Source of the DNA: an uncultured Alphaproteobacteria bacterium
GTDB lineage: Bacteria; Pseudomonadota; Alphaproteobacteria; RF32; CAG-239
NCBI GenBank assembly: GCA_944391405.1
Contig: CALXTN010000001.1
Location: 4,503-68,502, forward strand
Length of the DNA: 64,000 bases
Direction: 5' to 3'
Below the pieces are notes generated by a model. The model searched no databases, was not told where the DNA came from, and saw only the letters and a list, made by a program, of their open reading frames with translations. A program made the position numbers and the translations under genes. Shown one piece after another: positions 18,850 to 31,072 of this stretch. How positions within the stretch are numbered: the stretch's first letter is position 1; each line of letters begins with the position of its first letter.

Positions 18850-20295
18850 ATGAGCAGTATTCCTAATATTGTTGATGAAAGTGGCGACAAATATAAATTT
18901 GGTTTTGTAACCGATATTGCAGCCGATGTTGCACCTAAAGGCCTCAATGACGATATTATAAAATTAATTTCGCAAAAAAAAGAAGAACCAGATTGGCTTC
19001 TTCAATCTCGTCTTAAAGCCTATCACTATTGGCTATCTTTATCTGAGCCAACATGGGCAAAATTAACCTATGATAAAATTGATTATCAAGATTTGTACTA
19101 CTATTCTGCCCCAAAGCAAGCTGTTCACCCTAAGAGTCTTGATGAGGTTGATCCTAAAATTTTAGAAACATATAATAAGCTAGGAATTCCTCTTAGAGAA
19201 CAAGAGGCTTTAGCCGGTGTTGTGGCTGTTGATGCCGTTTTTGACAGCGTTTCCGTTGCAACAACTTATAAAGCTCAACTTAAAAAGCAAGGAATTATTT
19301 TTTGCTCCATTTCTGAAGCGGTTAAAGAACACCCTGATTTAATCAAAAAATATCTTGGTTCTGTTGTCCCTTATACAGATAATTTTTTTGCAGCTCTTAA
19401 TTCTGCTGTTTTTACCGATGGTTCTTTTGTGTATATCCCTAAAGGGGTTAAGTGCCCAATGGAATTATCGACTTATTTCCGAATTAACGCTAAAAATACA
19501 GGACAATTTGAACGTACTCTCATTATAGCTGATGAAGGTAGCTATGTTTCTTATTTGGAAGGTTGTACGGCTCCTCAACGTGATGAAAATCAATTGCATG
19601 CGGCCATTGTTGAAATTTTTGTTCACAAAGATGCTGAAGTTAAATATTCCACCGTTCAAAACTGGTATCCGGGAGATAAGGATGGAAAAGGTGGTGTTTA
19701 TAACTTTGTAACAAAAAGAGCTCTTTGTGATGGCGAAAATGCTAAAGTTTCTTGGACACAAGTTGAAACTGGTTCTGCCATTACTTGGAAATATCCATCT
19801 TGTGTCTTAAAAGGCGATAATTCTAAGGGCGAATTTTACTCTGTTGCCATTACCAACAACAAACAACAAGCTGATACCGGTACCAAAATGATTCATATTG
19901 GTAAAAATACGAGTTCTAAAATTATTTCTAAAGGTATTTCCGCTGGATTTTCAAATCAAACATATAGAGGACTTGTTAAAGTTGGTAAAAAAGCAGATAA
20001 CGCACGAAACTATTCTCAATGCGACAGCTTGCTTATTGGGCAAACTTGTGGTTCTCACACCGTCCCGTATATTGAAAACAGTAACAAGTCGGCTATCTTG
20101 GAACATGAAGCTACCACTTCTAAAATTAGTGATGAGCAACTCTTCTATTGCAAGCAACGCGGACTTTCTGATGAAGATGCGGTTAGTTTAATTGTTAATG
20201 GTTTTTGTAAAGAAGTTATGCAAAAATTGCCTATGGAATTTGCAGTTGAAGCAGCTAAATTAATTGATATTTCTTTAGAAGGTAGTGTTGGTTAA
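18850..20295 (+). CDS. sufB: Fe-S cluster assembly scaffold SufB
   Basis: Full-length SufB-like protein ([23 protein letters not shown]...[20 protein letters not shown]). No sufC or sufD lies adjacent. Confidence 0.93.
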   Translation: MSSIPNIVDESGDKYKFGFVTDIAADVAPKGLNDDIIKLISQKKEEPDWLLQSRLKAYHYWLSLSEPTWAKLTYDKIDYQDLYYYSAPKQAVHPKSLDEVDPKILETYNKLGIPLREQEALAGVVAVDAVFDSVSVATTYKAQLKKQGIIFCSISEAVKEHPDLIKKYLGSVVPYTDNFFAALNSAVFTDGSFVYIPKGVKCPMELSTYFRINAKNTGQFERTLIIADEGSYVSYLEGCTAPQRDENQLHAAIVEIFVHKDAEVKYSTVQNWYPGDKDGKGGVYNFVTKRALCDGENAKVSWTQVETGSAITWKYPSCVLKGDNSKGEFYSVAITNNKQQADTGTKMIHIGKNTSSKIISKGISAGFSNQTYRGLVKVGKKADNARNYSQCDSLLIGQTCGSHTVPYIENSNKSAILEHEATTSKISDEQLFYCKQRGLSDEDAVSLIVNGFCKEVMQKLPMEFAVEAAKLIDISLEGSVG

Positions 20296-20371
20296 TTTTT
20301 GTGTATATTGAAATTTTCTTACTTTATCTTTCCTACAAACACACTATGTTTGCATTGTTATTAGAGAAAAC

Positions 20372-20402
20372 AAAAAAGCTCCTTAAATAAAGGAGCTTTT
20401 TT
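20372..20402. terminator. Bidirectional terminator between sufB and topA
   Basis: AAAAAAGCTCCTT-aaataa-AGGAGCTTTTTT. Confidence 0.85.
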
Positions 20403-20407
20403 CGTGC

Positions 20408-22861
20408 TTATTTTGTGCTATCTATAACTTTTAGGGCATCCTCTAACGTAATATCTTGCCCACGCAAGTTATTTGGTATCCGATAATTGTTTTTACCACA
20501 TTTTATATATAGACCATAACGTCCTGTTGCTAAAAGAATATCCGCTTTTAGTTTTGGATGTTGTCCTAATACTTTGGCTTCTGGCTTTTCTGATACATTT
20601 TTAAGTAATTCTTCCGCACGTTCTTTTGTGATGTTAAAAATATTATCACTGCCCGTCAGAGATTTAGACTTAAGTCCTTGTTTAATGTATTGACCAAATT
20701 TACCGATGTTGGCGCTTATTCCATCACCCAAATCTCTGGGTAAACTAGCCAATATATCTGCTTGTTCAAATGTGACTTCCTCTGGATTTAAGAACTTTGG
20801 CAAAGCTATTCTCTTTGGCTTTTCTGTTGTTGCCGTTGCATCTTCACCAAGTTGAACATAGTAGCCGTAAGGACCTTTTTTTAGATATACGTTTAATCCG
20901 CCATGTTCACCTAATAGCTTATCTTCTGGATTAGGTTGTTTTTCTGTACTTTGTTCTTCTTCCTCTTTTACATCTGTCAAGGGCATAGTATATTTGCATT
21001 CCGGATAATTAGAACAACCTAAAAACGCACCAAACTTCCCTAACTTAATACTCAAATGCCCCTTATGACATTCCGGACATAGGCGAGGATCTGATCCATC
21101 TTCTTTGGCCGGAAACAGGTGATACGCCAACACTTCATCAATCTTATCTATCACTTCGCTAACTTGAAGAGGTTGTACGGCTTGAATATTTTTATAGAAT
21201 TTCGCCCAAAAACCTGTAAGAAGTTTTTTCCATTCCATTGAACCGGCGGATATATCATCAAGATATTCTTCCATTTGCGCCGTAAAATCATATTCCACAT
21301 ATTTTTTGAAAAAGTTTTCTAAGAAAATTGTTACAATACGACCTCTATCTTCAGGAATAAATCTTAGCTTTTCCACTTTTACATATTTACGTTCTTGCAG
21401 AACTGCAATAATTGACGCATATGTTGAAGGACGGCCAATCCCCAATTCTTCCAGCTTCTTAACAAGACTTGCTTCAGTAAAGCGTGGTGGTGGGGTGGTA
21501 TAATGTTGTTCCGGTTTAATGGCTTTTTTATCAACAGCGTCATCAACTTCTACATTTGGAAGAAGTCTGTTTTCATCATCATCATTTTCATCATCTTTGC
21601 TTTCTTGATAGAGTTTCAAGAATCCATCAAATGCGATAACTTGACCATTTGCTCGTAATAAAATTTTACCATCTACTGATAAAGTATCAATCACAACCTT
21701 ATCTAAAATTGCAGGCTCCATCTGGCAGGCTATAGTTCTTTTCCAGATTAGCTCATATAATTTATATGCATCCGAATCCAATTTTCCTTCCATTTTCTTC
21801 GGTGTATTCATTACATCTGCCGGACGAATTGCCTCGTGTGCTTCTTGTGCATTTTTAGATTTCGTTTTATACTCTTTAGCTTCCTTAGGAAGATACTTCT
21901 CTCCAAAATATTTTAAAATGGCTTCACGGCATGCACTGATTGCTTCTACTGATAAATTTACAGCGTCCGTTCTCATGTAGGTTATATAACCGGATTCATA
22001 TAAATTTTGCGCTATCTGCATTGTTTTTTTAGCAGAGAATCTTAATTTTCTTGCGGCCTCCTGTTGGAGTGTAGATGTGGTAAAAGGAGGTGCCGGATAA
22101 CGATTTGCTTTTTTGCGTTCAATTTTAGAAATCTTAAAATCCTGAGCTTCTATTTTAGCTTTTGCTTCTTCTGCTTTTTCTTTTGTATTAATGTCAAATT
22201 TTTCCAGCTTCTTTCCATCCAAATTTATTAAGTGTGATGGAATTATAGCTTTTTCTGCTGTTTCTAAATCTACATCAACTGTCCAATATTCTTCCGGTTT
22301 AAATTTTTCAATTTCCATTTCTCTTTCGCAAATTAAGCGAAGCGCAACCGATTGAACGCGTCCGGCTGATTTTGACCCTGGAAGTTTACGCCATAATACC
22401 GGGGAAAGAGTAAAACCCACCAAATAATCTAAAGCTCGACGTGCCATATAGGCTGATACTAAATTTTCATCAATCTGCCGTGGATTTTGAATTGCTTCTG
22501 TTACAGCATGTTTGGTAATTTCATGAAAGACTACTCGCTCAATTTTCTTGTCTTTCAACTTTTTCTTTGCACTCAGTTCTTCTAATATATGCCACGCAAT
22601 GGCCTCTCCTTCTCTATCCGGGTCGGATGCGAGGACTAATGTGTCACAATCTTTTAATGCCGTAATGATGTCATTTAAACGTTTTTTTCCACCGGGACTT
22701 AATTCCCACACCATGCTAAAATCTTTATCTGGATCAACAGAACCATCTTTACTCGGCAAATCTCGAATATGCCCATAACTGGCTAAGACTTTATAATCTT
22801 TACCTAAATATTTATTGATTGTTTTGGCTTTTGCCGGTGATTCTACTACGACTAATTTCAT
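20408..22861 (-). CDS. topA: DNA topoisomerase I
   Basis: Toprim N-terminus MKLVVVESPAKAKTI, ITYMRTD active-site Tyr region, and C-terminal Zn-ribbon CPEC...GCSNYPEC. Confidence 0.95.
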   Translation of the reverse strand: MKLVVVESPAKAKTINKYLGKDYKVLASYGHIRDLPSKDGSVDPDKDFSMVWELSPGGKKRLNDIITALKDCDTLVLASDPDREGEAIAWHILEELSAKKKLKDKKIERVVFHEITKHAVTEAIQNPRQIDENLVSAYMARRALDYLVGFTLSPVLWRKLPGSKSAGRVQSVALRLICEREMEIEKFKPEEYWTVDVDLETAEKAIIPSHLINLDGKKLEKFDINTKEKAEEAKAKIEAQDFKISKIERKKANRYPAPPFTTSTLQQEAARKLRFSAKKTMQIAQNLYESGYITYMRTDAVNLSVEAISACREAILKYFGEKYLPKEAKEYKTKSKNAQEAHEAIRPADVMNTPKKMEGKLDSDAYKLYELIWKRTIACQMEPAILDKVVIDTLSVDGKILLRANGQVIAFDGFLKLYQESKDDENDDDENRLLPNVEVDDAVDKKAIKPEQHYTTPPPRFTEASLVKKLEELGIGRPSTYASIIAVLQERKYVKVEKLRFIPEDRGRIVTIFLENFFKKYVEYDFTAQMEEYLDDISAGSMEWKKLLTGFWAKFYKNIQAVQPLQVSEVIDKIDEVLAYHLFPAKEDGSDPRLCPECHKGHLSIKLGKFGAFLGCSNYPECKYTMPLTDVKEEEEQSTEKQPNPEDKLLGEHGGLNVYLKKGPYGYYVQLGEDATATTEKPKRIALPKFLNPEEVTFEQADILASLPRDLGDGISANIGKFGQYIKQGLKSKSLTGSDNIFNITKERAEELLKNVSEKPEAKVLGQHPKLKADILLATGRYGLYIKCGKNNYRIPNNLRGQDITLEDALKVIDSTK

Positions 22862-22873
22862 CTAAAAATTCCC

Positions 22874-24001
22874 TCAAATTTTAGCTACTTTATTCCCCGG
22901 AAGACGTATTATCTTATTGTCTAACTCCAACTCTACGATTGTCATTAAAACTTCTTCTGTCGGCAGTTTCATTACTCGAATAAGCTCGTCTATATCCTCC
23001 CCGCTTGCAGAAATCAGTGATAATAACTTGGTGTATTTATCTTCTTGTTCTAGTTCTTCTTTTTGTTCTGGAATATCGGAATTATTTTCTTGCTTGTCAA
23101 GCGAATATTCAAATAAATCTGATATTTCCTCTTTTTCTTTGGCTTTTGATATAAATCGTCTGGGCGAAAAATTAAAGTTTTCCAAGATATCTTCTGGCGT
23201 ATCCACCAATTGTGCTCCTTCTTTAAGCAATTTATTACATCCGATGGAACGAGTATCATACGGAGCTCCTGGGACAGCATAAACATCTCGGCCTTGTTCT
23301 AACGCCTGATGTGCGGTAATCAAAGACCCTGAATGTAGCCCGGCCTCTATAACCAGCACACCTTTGCTTAACCCCGAAACAATTCTATTTCTGCGTGGAA
23401 AGTTAGAAGCTTGTGGACGGGTATGAAATGCGTATTCAGTTAATATCAAGCCTTCATTTTTGATAATATCTTTATATAAGTCCTCATTTTCTTGAGGATA
23501 AATAATATCAATTCCCGTTCCCATAACTGCAATTGTACTACCATTGTGCCCCAAGGCTCCTTTGTGTGCCGCTTTATCAATACCGCGAGCCATCCCAGAA
23601 ACTATCGTAATATTATTATCTGCAATATTTGATGCTAGATTTTCTGCTAATTTCATTGCACTTAATGAAGCGTTTCTTGATCCAACGACGGCTAGCATAT
23701 TATCATTTTTCAATAAATCCACATTACCTTTCGCATATAGAATCGGCGGAAAATCTTCTATTTGTTTTAAATTATATGGATAGTTTTGATCTTCATATGA
23801 TATTATTTGAACGCCCTTAATTTCGGCGATCATCACCTCTTCTTCGGCTTTTTTACGAGAAAACAGCATTTTTTTTAGGGATATCTCTTTCAAGACTTCA
23901 TCTACATTACCATATCTTGACATCAACCTCTTAAAGCCAATAGGGCCTATGCCATTGGTATTTATAAGTTGGATATACGATATGAGTTTTTCTTTAACCA
24001 A
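22874..24001 (-). CDS. dprA: DNA-processing protein DprA
   Basis: AVVGSRNAS...SGMARGIDKAAH...FPRRNRIVSGLS. Confidence 0.9.
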   Translation of the reverse strand: MVKEKLISYIQLINTNGIGPIGFKRLMSRYGNVDEVLKEISLKKMLFSRKKAEEEVMIAEIKGVQIISYEDQNYPYNLKQIEDFPPILYAKGNVDLLKNDNMLAVVGSRNASLSAMKLAENLASNIADNNITIVSGMARGIDKAAHKGALGHNGSTIAVMGTGIDIIYPQENEDLYKDIIKNEGLILTEYAFHTRPQASNFPRRNRIVSGLSKGVLVIEAGLHSGSLITAHQALEQGRDVYAVPGAPYDTRSIGCNKLLKEGAQLVDTPEDILENFNFSPRRFISKAKEKEEISDLFEYSLDKQENNSDIPEQKEELEQEDKYTKLLSLISASGEDIDELIRVMKLPTEEVLMTIVELELDNKIIRLPGNKVAKI

Positions 24002-24012
24002 TGTCTTTACTT

Positions 24013-24633
24013 CTATTCTGTTTTCTTGAGTTTAATTTTGCTCTCTTCCCCTTTTAGCAATCTTTTGATATTTGCATGATGTCTTACAATAACCAAAAAG
24101 ACAATCAATGTATATGCAATTGTATATTCCATTGTTGGAGCCAAGAAATATGATGCTACCGGTACAAATACTGCAGCTGTCAAAGCCGACAGAGATGAAT
24201 ATTTAAAAGTGAAAGCCATAATCAACCATATTACTAATGCGATTAAAGCCACAGGCCAGCATGTCACTAAAATAAAACCAAATGTTGAAGCAACACCTTT
24301 ACCACCTTTAAATTTCAACCATATTGGGAAGTTATGCCCTAGTACACCAAAAGCTCCTGCTATCAACATTGCCGTAATACCAACAACATCATCTCCAACC
24401 ATTTGCTTAGCAACGACTGCGGCGACACCTGCTTTAAATGCATCACACAGGACTGTTAACAGCGCTAGCGTTTTATTTCCCGTTCTTAGGACATTTGTTG
24501 CGCCGATATTTCCAGATCCAATTTTTCTTATATCTCCATATCCTGCCATCTTTGTCAATATCAACCCAAATGGAACCGAGCCGATCAAATAACCAAATAG
24601 CGCACTTAAGCTATATATTATTTCCGCAGACAT
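24013..24633 (-). CDS. plsY: Glycerol-3-phosphate acyltransferase PlsY
   Basis: GSGNIGATNVLRTG...KGGKGVAS. Confidence 0.92.
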   Translation of the reverse strand: MSAEIIYSLSALFGYLIGSVPFGLILTKMAGYGDIRKIGSGNIGATNVLRTGNKTLALLTVLCDAFKAGVAAVVAKQMVGDDVVGITAMLIAGAFGVLGHNFPIWLKFKGGKGVASTFGFILVTCWPVALIALVIWLIMAFTFKYSSLSALTAAVFVPVASYFLAPTMEYTIAYTLIVFLVIVRHHANIKRLLKGEESKIKLKKTE

Positions 24634-24801
24634 TTTAATCTCCCAAAGTATTTTTTGTTTATGTTAGAGAAAAGTGTTAAAAATTCAACTTATTTTAATA
24701 CAACATGTGTATTTTATCTTTTTGTATATTAGACCAAAAAAAATAATGACAATGCGATTTAATCGTTTATTATAAAATAGAATATTTAGATAGAGGAGCA
24801 A

Positions 24802-25512
24802 ATGAAAAAGACCTTTAGCAGAATTCTTTTAAAACTTTCCGGCGAAGGATTGATGGGAAAACAAGCTTTCGGTATTGATGAAAATGTTCTAGATATGGTT
24901 GCAGAGAGCATTAAACAGTTACGTCAGGAAAATATTGAAACTTGTATTGTTATTGGCGGGGGTAATTTTTATCGAGGTGTTAATAACACCAATAAAAGTA
25001 TTAGCCGTCCTATCGCAGACCAAGCCGGAATGATTGCAACCGTGATTAATGCCCTATTTTTAAAAAGCATTTTAGACAGCAAAGGAATTAAATCTGAAAT
25101 ATTGTCAGGTTTGAGCATTCCACAAGTGGCAGAAACTTACTCTTATCGTTCCGCTCAAAATTTATTAAAACAAGGAACAGTTGTTATTTTTGCCGGAGGA
25201 ACCGGTAATCCTTATTTTACGACTGACACCGGAGCTACTCTTCGAGCCTTAGAAACAGAGTGCGACGCCTTATTTAAAGCAACCCAAGTTGATGGTGTTT
25301 ATGATAGCGACCCCAAAAAGAATCCGAAAGCTATTCGCTATAAAACTGTTTCTTATGACGATGTTATCACAAAAGAATTAAAGGTTATGGACATGACAGC
25401 CATATCTATGGCTCGTGAAAATAAACTTCCCATTGTTGTGTTTAAACAGGTTGACAAAGACTCCCTAATTAATGCAATAAAAGGGAAAGGAAATTTTACA
25501 ATTATAAAATAA
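24802..25512 (+). CDS. pyrH: UMP kinase
   Basis: RILLKLSGE...VIGGGNFYRG...FAGGTGNPYFTTDT. Confidence 0.95.
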   Translation: MKKTFSRILLKLSGEGLMGKQAFGIDENVLDMVAESIKQLRQENIETCIVIGGGNFYRGVNNTNKSISRPIADQAGMIATVINALFLKSILDSKGIKSEILSGLSIPQVAETYSYRSAQNLLKQGTVVIFAGGTGNPYFTTDTGATLRALETECDALFKATQVDGVYDSDPKKNPKAIRYKTVSYDDVITKELKVMDMTAISMARENKLPIVVFKQVDKDSLINAIKGKGNFTIIK

Positions 25513-25531
25513 AAGGAAAAGAGAGGCATAT

Positions 25532-26095
25532 ATGACCGATTTTAATGACATAAAAAGAGACACAGCAGAGCGTATGGAAAAAACTTTAGAAACCTTACGT
25601 GGGGATTTTGGAGGATTACGCGCAGGACGTGCGCACGCTAGTTTGCTTGATAATATTATGGTTGAAGCTTATGGAAATTTATCTCCTATAGCTCAAGTTG
25701 GAACAATCAGCGTTCCAGATGCAAGAACTCTCTCCGTCAGTGTTTGGGATAAAGGTTTGGCAAAATCTGTTGAAAAAGCTTTAAGAGAATCTGACTTAGG
25801 CCTCAACCCTGTATCAGACGGTCAGCTCATTCGTATTCCAATCCCCCCACTTTCCGAAGAAAGAAGAAAGGAACTTGTTAAAGTTGCAGGGAAATACGCT
25901 GAGCAGACAAAAGTCGCTATTCGTAATATTCGTCGTGATGCTTTAGATGATGTAAAAAAACTTAAAAAAGATAATCTTATTTCTGAAGATGACGAAAAAA
26001 AATATAGCAACGAAATCCAAAAAATGACTGATGATTCCATCAAAAAAATTGATGATATGCTAAACCAAAAAGAAAAAGATATTTTACAAGTATAA
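25532..26095 (+). CDS. frr: Ribosome recycling factor
   Basis: LRAGRAHASLLDNIMVEAYG...IPIPPLSEERRKELVK. Confidence 0.95.
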   Translation: MTDFNDIKRDTAERMEKTLETLRGDFGGLRAGRAHASLLDNIMVEAYGNLSPIAQVGTISVPDARTLSVSVWDKGLAKSVEKALRESDLGLNPVSDGQLIRIPIPPLSEERRKELVKVAGKYAEQTKVAIRNIRRDALDDVKKLKKDNLISEDDEKKYSNEIQKMTDDSIKKIDDMLNQKEKDILQV

Positions 26096-26100
26096 GAACT

Positions 26101-26808
26101 ATGGAAACAACAAATATTTGTAATCATATTGCCATTATTATGGATGGTAATGGGCGTTGGGCTAAAAAAAGAGGAATGCCCAGAACCTTTGGACATAAAA
26201 AAGGTGCTGAGAACGTTGTCAAAATTACTCGCTCAATGAAAGAATCTGGGGTTAAATATTTAACTCTTTATGCCTTTTCAACAGAAAATTGGCAACGTTC
26301 TAAAGATGAAGTTGATGCACTGATGCAACTTCTTAATGAGTATCTAGATAAAGAACTAAAGGAGATTATGGAAAACAATGTCCGAATTGTTTTTATCGGT
26401 GAAAGATATATGCTCTCAGACGCCATTCAACAGAAAATGCATCATTTAGAGGAAGAATCCGCAAAGAATTCTGATTTAACTCTCTGCATCGCTTTATCTT
26501 ATGGTTCTCGGCAAGAAATTTTATCTGCCGTCAAAAATATTGCTCAAAAAGTTCAAAGCAAGCAACTCGGTATTGATGATATTGATCAAGAAATTTTTGC
26601 TAATGAACTTTACACAAAAGGAATTCCCGATCCGGATATTCTCATTAGAACCAGCGGAGAGCAAAGAATTAGTAACTATTTATTGTGGCAAATAGCTTAT
26701 ACTGAGTTGTTCTTTACAGAGACTTTATGGCCCGATTTTAGCAAAGATGAACTATTAGAAATTATTAAAAATTTTACTTCTAGGGAGAGAAGGTATGGAA
26801 AAAACTGA
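26101..26808 (+). CDS. uppS: Undecaprenyl-diphosphate synthase
   Basis: HIAIIMDGNGRWAK...LTLYAFSTENW...IRTSGEQRISNYLLWQ. Confidence 0.95.
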   Translation: METTNICNHIAIIMDGNGRWAKKRGMPRTFGHKKGAENVVKITRSMKESGVKYLTLYAFSTENWQRSKDEVDALMQLLNEYLDKELKEIMENNVRIVFIGERYMLSDAIQQKMHHLEEESAKNSDLTLCIALSYGSRQEILSAVKNIAQKVQSKQLGIDDIDQEIFANELYTKGIPDPDILIRTSGEQRISNYLLWQIAYTELFFTETLWPDFSKDELLEIIKNFTSRERRYGKN

Positions 26809-27637
26809 ATTAACGTCATTACAAAAAAGAATATTAACATCTCTTGTGATGATTCCGATTGTCATTGGAGCATTACATTCCGGACATCCTTATATTGACA
26901 TTTTGATATTTTTCGTTGGTACTTTATTATCCTGGGAATGGGGTTCAATGGTTCCTAATAAAAAAAGTAGCGTTTATGTTGCCTGCTATATTTTTGCACT
27001 AGGCTGTTCATTGTTTGTATTTAATCGTTGGATACTTTTTTCTTCAATTATTTTAACATCTATTTTTGTATATTTCAAAGCTGCAGATGAAAAACACAGA
27101 CGCTTACTTACTCTGGGTGTTCCTTATATCTCTATTGGCGTAGGTGCTCTTTATTGGATTTATTACCTTTTTGATGCTTTTGGCAGTATTCCAAATGAAA
27201 AAGGTAGCTTTGTTATGACGCTTTGGTTTATTTTAATGGTTTGGGGGGTTGACATTGGTGGCTACATTGTTGGCTCATCATTGAAAGGGCCAAAATTAGC
27301 TCCTAAGATTAGCCCAAATAAAACCTGGTCAGGACTGATTGGCGGTATTATTTTATCTGTTGCCATCAGCTTTATTTATATGTTTTGCATCAAAAATATT
27401 TTTGATTTACCTATGCCTATAGCAGAACAACTAAAATTTGCTCAATTAGGTGCATTTATTGCTGTTATTGCGCAAGTTGGCGATCTTATCGAATCTTCCA
27501 TCAAAAGACATCTCGGAGTTAAAGACAGTAGCAATTTAATTCCGGGACACGGCGGTATTTTTGATAGAATCGATGGGCTTATTTTTGCTGCGCCTATTGT
27601 TTACTGCTTATTTACATTAATTGCATTTAGTTATTAA
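26795..27637 (+). CDS. cdsA: Phosphatidate cytidylyltransferase
   Basis: ISPNKTWSGLIGG...SSIKRHLGVKDSSNLIPGHGGIFDRID. Confidence 0.92.
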   Translation: MEKTELTSLQKRILTSLVMIPIVIGALHSGHPYIDILIFFVGTLLSWEWGSMVPNKKSSVYVACYIFALGCSLFVFNRWILFSSIILTSIFVYFKAADEKHRRLLTLGVPYISIGVGALYWIYYLFDAFGSIPNEKGSFVMTLWFILMVWGVDIGGYIVGSSLKGPKLAPKISPNKTWSGLIGGIILSVAISFIYMFCIKNIFDLPMPIAEQLKFAQLGAFIAVIAQVGDLIESSIKRHLGVKDSSNLIPGHGGIFDRIDGLIFAAPIVYCLFTLIAFSY

Positions 27638-27647
27638 GGATAAAACT

Positions 27648-28784
27648 ATGGAGTGGTTGTTAAATATTATTCATTACGTCGTTCCTTTTCTTATTCTACT
27701 TGGCGTATTAGTTTTTGTGCATGAATTTGGACATTTTATTGTTGCTCGTTGGGCGGGTGTTAGTGTTAGCGCCTTTTCTATTGGTTTTGGGAAAGAGCTA
27801 TGGAGCAAAACAGATAGAAAAGGAACTGTTTGGAAGATTTCTGCCATACCTTTAGGTGGGTATTGCCAATTTTTAGGTGATGCAGATGAATCTTCTTCTA
27901 CATCAGAAATTGATTTAAGCAAATATTCTAAAGAAGAGCAAAAACATTTGTTTGCTACGCAGTCTCCATATAAAAAATTAGCCATAGCAATAGCTGGTCC
28001 TTTATTTAATTATCTCTTCGCTTTTATCACTTTTTTTGGGCTATTTTATTTCATCGGCAGTTATGATATCCCACCTGTTGTTTCCGATGTTATAAAAGAC
28101 AGCCCCGCTCAAGCTGCTGGAATTATGAAAAATGATAAAATTATAGAGATTAACGGCAAAAAAATTAATGATTGGTCTGATATCAATAAAGAAGTTAGTA
28201 TTGCTATTGATAATGTTGTATTAAAAATTGAAAGAAATGGTACAAATTTGACTATTAATGTTCCATTAGTTGAAATGGATTATGCTTTTGATGAAACCGA
28301 AAAACCAATTAAAAGGAGAATGATTGGTATTAAAGGGGAAACAAAGCAATTTAAGGTAGTTAAAGATAACTTTCAGTTTATCCCCTCCCTCAAAAAATCC
28401 GCTGAAGAAATTTACAATATTACAGACATGACTTTACGTGGCATTGGACAAATGATTATGGGCGAACGCTCTGGCGAAGATGTTGGTGGAATTATCCGCA
28501 TTGCAGAAATGTCTGGGGATATTTCTAAAACTCGAGGTCTTTTAGATTTCTTGTATTTCATGGCGTTACTGTCCATTAATCTTGGACTTATTAACTTATT
28601 CCCAATCCCTGTATTAGATGGTGGACATGTTGTAATTTATTTGTTAGAAATAGTTTCAAGACGCGAAATTAATGCTAAACTAAGAGATGGTTTATTTAAA
28701 ATCGGTCTGGGATTTATTTTGTTTTTGATGGTGTTTGCAACTTGGAACGACATACAACACCTCATAACACGTTGGTTTGATTAG
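27648..28784 (+). CDS. rseP: Site-2 zinc metalloprotease RseP
   Basis: HEFGHF zinc motif, PDZ region and NLFPIPVLDGGH. AAGGA SD before the ATG at 27648. Confidence 0.92.
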   Translation: MEWLLNIIHYVVPFLILLGVLVFVHEFGHFIVARWAGVSVSAFSIGFGKELWSKTDRKGTVWKISAIPLGGYCQFLGDADESSSTSEIDLSKYSKEEQKHLFATQSPYKKLAIAIAGPLFNYLFAFITFFGLFYFIGSYDIPPVVSDVIKDSPAQAAGIMKNDKIIEINGKKINDWSDINKEVSIAIDNVVLKIERNGTNLTINVPLVEMDYAFDETEKPIKRRMIGIKGETKQFKVVKDNFQFIPSLKKSAEEIYNITDMTLRGIGQMIMGERSGEDVGGIIRIAEMSGDISKTRGLLDFLYFMALLSINLGLINLFPIPVLDGGHVVIYLLEIVSRREINAKLRDGLFKIGLGFILFLMVFATWNDIQHLITRWFD

Positions 28785-28800
28785 TTTAAAGGAATATAAA

Positions 28801-31053
28801 ATGAAGTTTAAATTAGCAGGAATTTCATTATTGACATTAGCCATTTGTTCTAATGCCATGGCTCAGAGTGTTATTAATAATATTAATATTAACGGACTGC
28901 AACGTGTTGAGCGTGAAACAGCTTTATCTTACGCCGGAATCGATACTAACAAACAAGTTTCTTCCGAAGAATTAAACCAAGCATTAAAACGCCTATACGA
29001 TACAGGGTTGTTTAGTGATATTAATTTTGATACCAAAGGCGACACTTTAATTATTAATGTTAAAGAAAATCCTGTTATCGGTATGATGGCTTTCGATGGC
29101 AATGATAAAATTGATGATAAAATTTTAGAGTCAGAAGTTCAATCCGCTCCGCGTTCCGTCTTCAGCAAAACAAAAGTTCAACAAGATGTTCAGCGTATTC
29201 TTGAAGTATATAAAAGAGCTGGCCGCTATGGTGTTTCTGTTGAACCGAAAATCATCAAAAAATCTGAGAATCGTGTTGATTTGATTTTTGAAATTGAAGA
29301 AGGTCCTGAAGCAAAGATTGATACCATTAATTTTATTGGAAATAAACACTATACCGGTGAAGATTTGCAAAATGAAATCATGAGCAAAGAAAGCCGCTGG
29401 TACAGACTATTTTCCAGCGCAGAAAATTTTGATCGCGAGAAAATGAATTATGACCAAGAGTTGTTAAGACGCTTTTATAATCGTCATGGTTATGCGGATT
29501 TTGCTGTTGTTTCTGCCATTGCAGAATTATCTCGCGATAAAACTTCTTTCATCTTGACATTTACTATTGATGAAGGAAAGCGTTATAAAGTTAACGATAT
29601 TCAAATTAAGTCTTCCGTACCAGATATTGATGCTAATATGTGGTATAAATATGTTACATTTAAGACAGGAGCTTGGTATAATTCAGATGAAATTGAGAAG
29701 ACTGTAAACGCTTTAACTGAAGAGCTATCTCGTAAGGGTTTTGTGTTTGTAGAAGTTGTTCCGAATATTTATAAAGACCGTGAAACCGGAAAATTAAGCG
29801 TTGTTTTTGATATTAAAGAAAACGCAAAAGTTTTTGTTAACAGAATTAACATCACAGGAAATACCAGAACACTTGATGAAGTTATCAGACGCGAATTCCG
29901 TATTTCTGAAGGAAACGTATTTAATGTTGCAAAAATCAGAGAATCCAGAAGAAATGTTGAGCGTTTGAACTATTTCAGCAAAGTTGACATTGATTCTCAA
30001 CGTGTTGATTATGATAAAGCAGATATTAATGTTAATGTCGAAGAGAAATCTACTGGTTACTTTAACGTAGGTGTTGGTTATTCTACGGTAAATGGAGCAT
30101 TGGTTCGAGCAGGTATTACCGAAAACAACTTCCTTGGAAAAGGCCAGCAAGTTAGCTTAAATGCCGGCGTTTCTCAACGTTCGACTGATTATAGTTTCAG
30201 CTTTACTGAGCCATACTTTATGGATAGACGCTTAAGCGCAGGTACAGATTTGTTCTACCAGACAGAAGATTATCAAGATGAAAGTAACTATGATATGGAT
30301 ACAATGGGTGGTAGAGTTAGATTTGGTTGGAACTATACAGATGATTTAAGCCAATATGTTCGCTACACATTGAAGCAAGATAAAATTAAAAACGTGAGCA
30401 GCGCTTCTAAATACATTCAAGAAGAAGAAGGTGACGCTATCGACTCTGTTATCGGTCAAACAATTGTTTATGATAAGAGAGATAACATTCTTAAACCCCG
30501 TGAAGGTTACTATTTATCGTTTGGTAATGATGTATCTGGTTTAGGTGGTGATGACAAATATTTGAAATTTGATGCAAAGGCATATAAATTCTATACACTC
30601 AATGACTACTATACATTTAAGTTCTTTATCAATGGTGGTTATATCGCTGGTTATGGCGGAGAAGATGTTCGTCTTGCTCAGAGATATTTCTTAGGTGGTA
30701 ACACAATGCGTGGATTTGAAACCGGCGGTATTAGTGCACGTGATAAAGTTACAAAAGATGCTTTGGGTGGTAACTGGATGTTATACGGTGGTGCTGAGTT
30801 AGCCTTCCCGATGGGATTGGATGAACTTGGTATTCGTGGTCGCACATTCGTTGATATTGGTACAACAGGTAAGCCGGATAATATTGATACAAGTGATGTT
30901 GATTACTCTTCAAGTCCTCGTGTTGCCATCGGTTTTGGTTTCGAATGGACTTCTCCTATGGGTAAAATTGATATCGACTTCGGCTTCCCGATTGTTAAAC
31001 AAGATTACGATGAGACAGAAGTATTCCGTTTGAACTTTGGTACAAGTTTATAA
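28801..31053 (+). CDS. bamA: Outer membrane protein assembly factor BamA
   Basis: Signal peptide [26 protein letters not shown] repeats and a C-terminal beta-barrel ending ...FRLNFGTSL. Confidence 0.93.
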   Translation: MKFKLAGISLLTLAICSNAMAQSVINNININGLQRVERETALSYAGIDTNKQVSSEELNQALKRLYDTGLFSDINFDTKGDTLIINVKENPVIGMMAFDGNDKIDDKILESEVQSAPRSVFSKTKVQQDVQRILEVYKRAGRYGVSVEPKIIKKSENRVDLIFEIEEGPEAKIDTINFIGNKHYTGEDLQNEIMSKESRWYRLFSSAENFDREKMNYDQELLRRFYNRHGYADFAVVSAIAELSRDKTSFILTFTIDEGKRYKVNDIQIKSSVPDIDANMWYKYVTFKTGAWYNSDEIEKTVNALTEELSRKGFVFVEVVPNIYKDRETGKLSVVFDIKENAKVFVNRINITGNTRTLDEVIRREFRISEGNVFNVAKIRESRRNVERLNYFSKVDIDSQRVDYDKADINVNVEEKSTGYFNVGVGYSTVNGALVRAGITENNFLGKGQQVSLNAGVSQRSTDYSFSFTEPYFMDRRLSAGTDLFYQTEDYQDESNYDMDTMGGRVRFGWNYTDDLSQYVRYTLKQDKIKNVSSASKYIQEEEGDAIDSVIGQTIVYDKRDNILKPREGYYLSFGNDVSGLGGDDKYLKFDAKAYKFYTLNDYYTFKFFINGGYIAGYGGEDVRLAQRYFLGGNTMRGFETGGISARDKVTKDALGGNWMLYGGAELAFPMGLDELGIRGRTFVDIGTTGKPDNIDTSDVDYSSSPRVAIGFGFEWTSPMGKIDIDFGFPIVKQDYDETEVFRLNFGTSL

Positions 31054-31072
31054 GTCGAAAAGGATTTTTAAT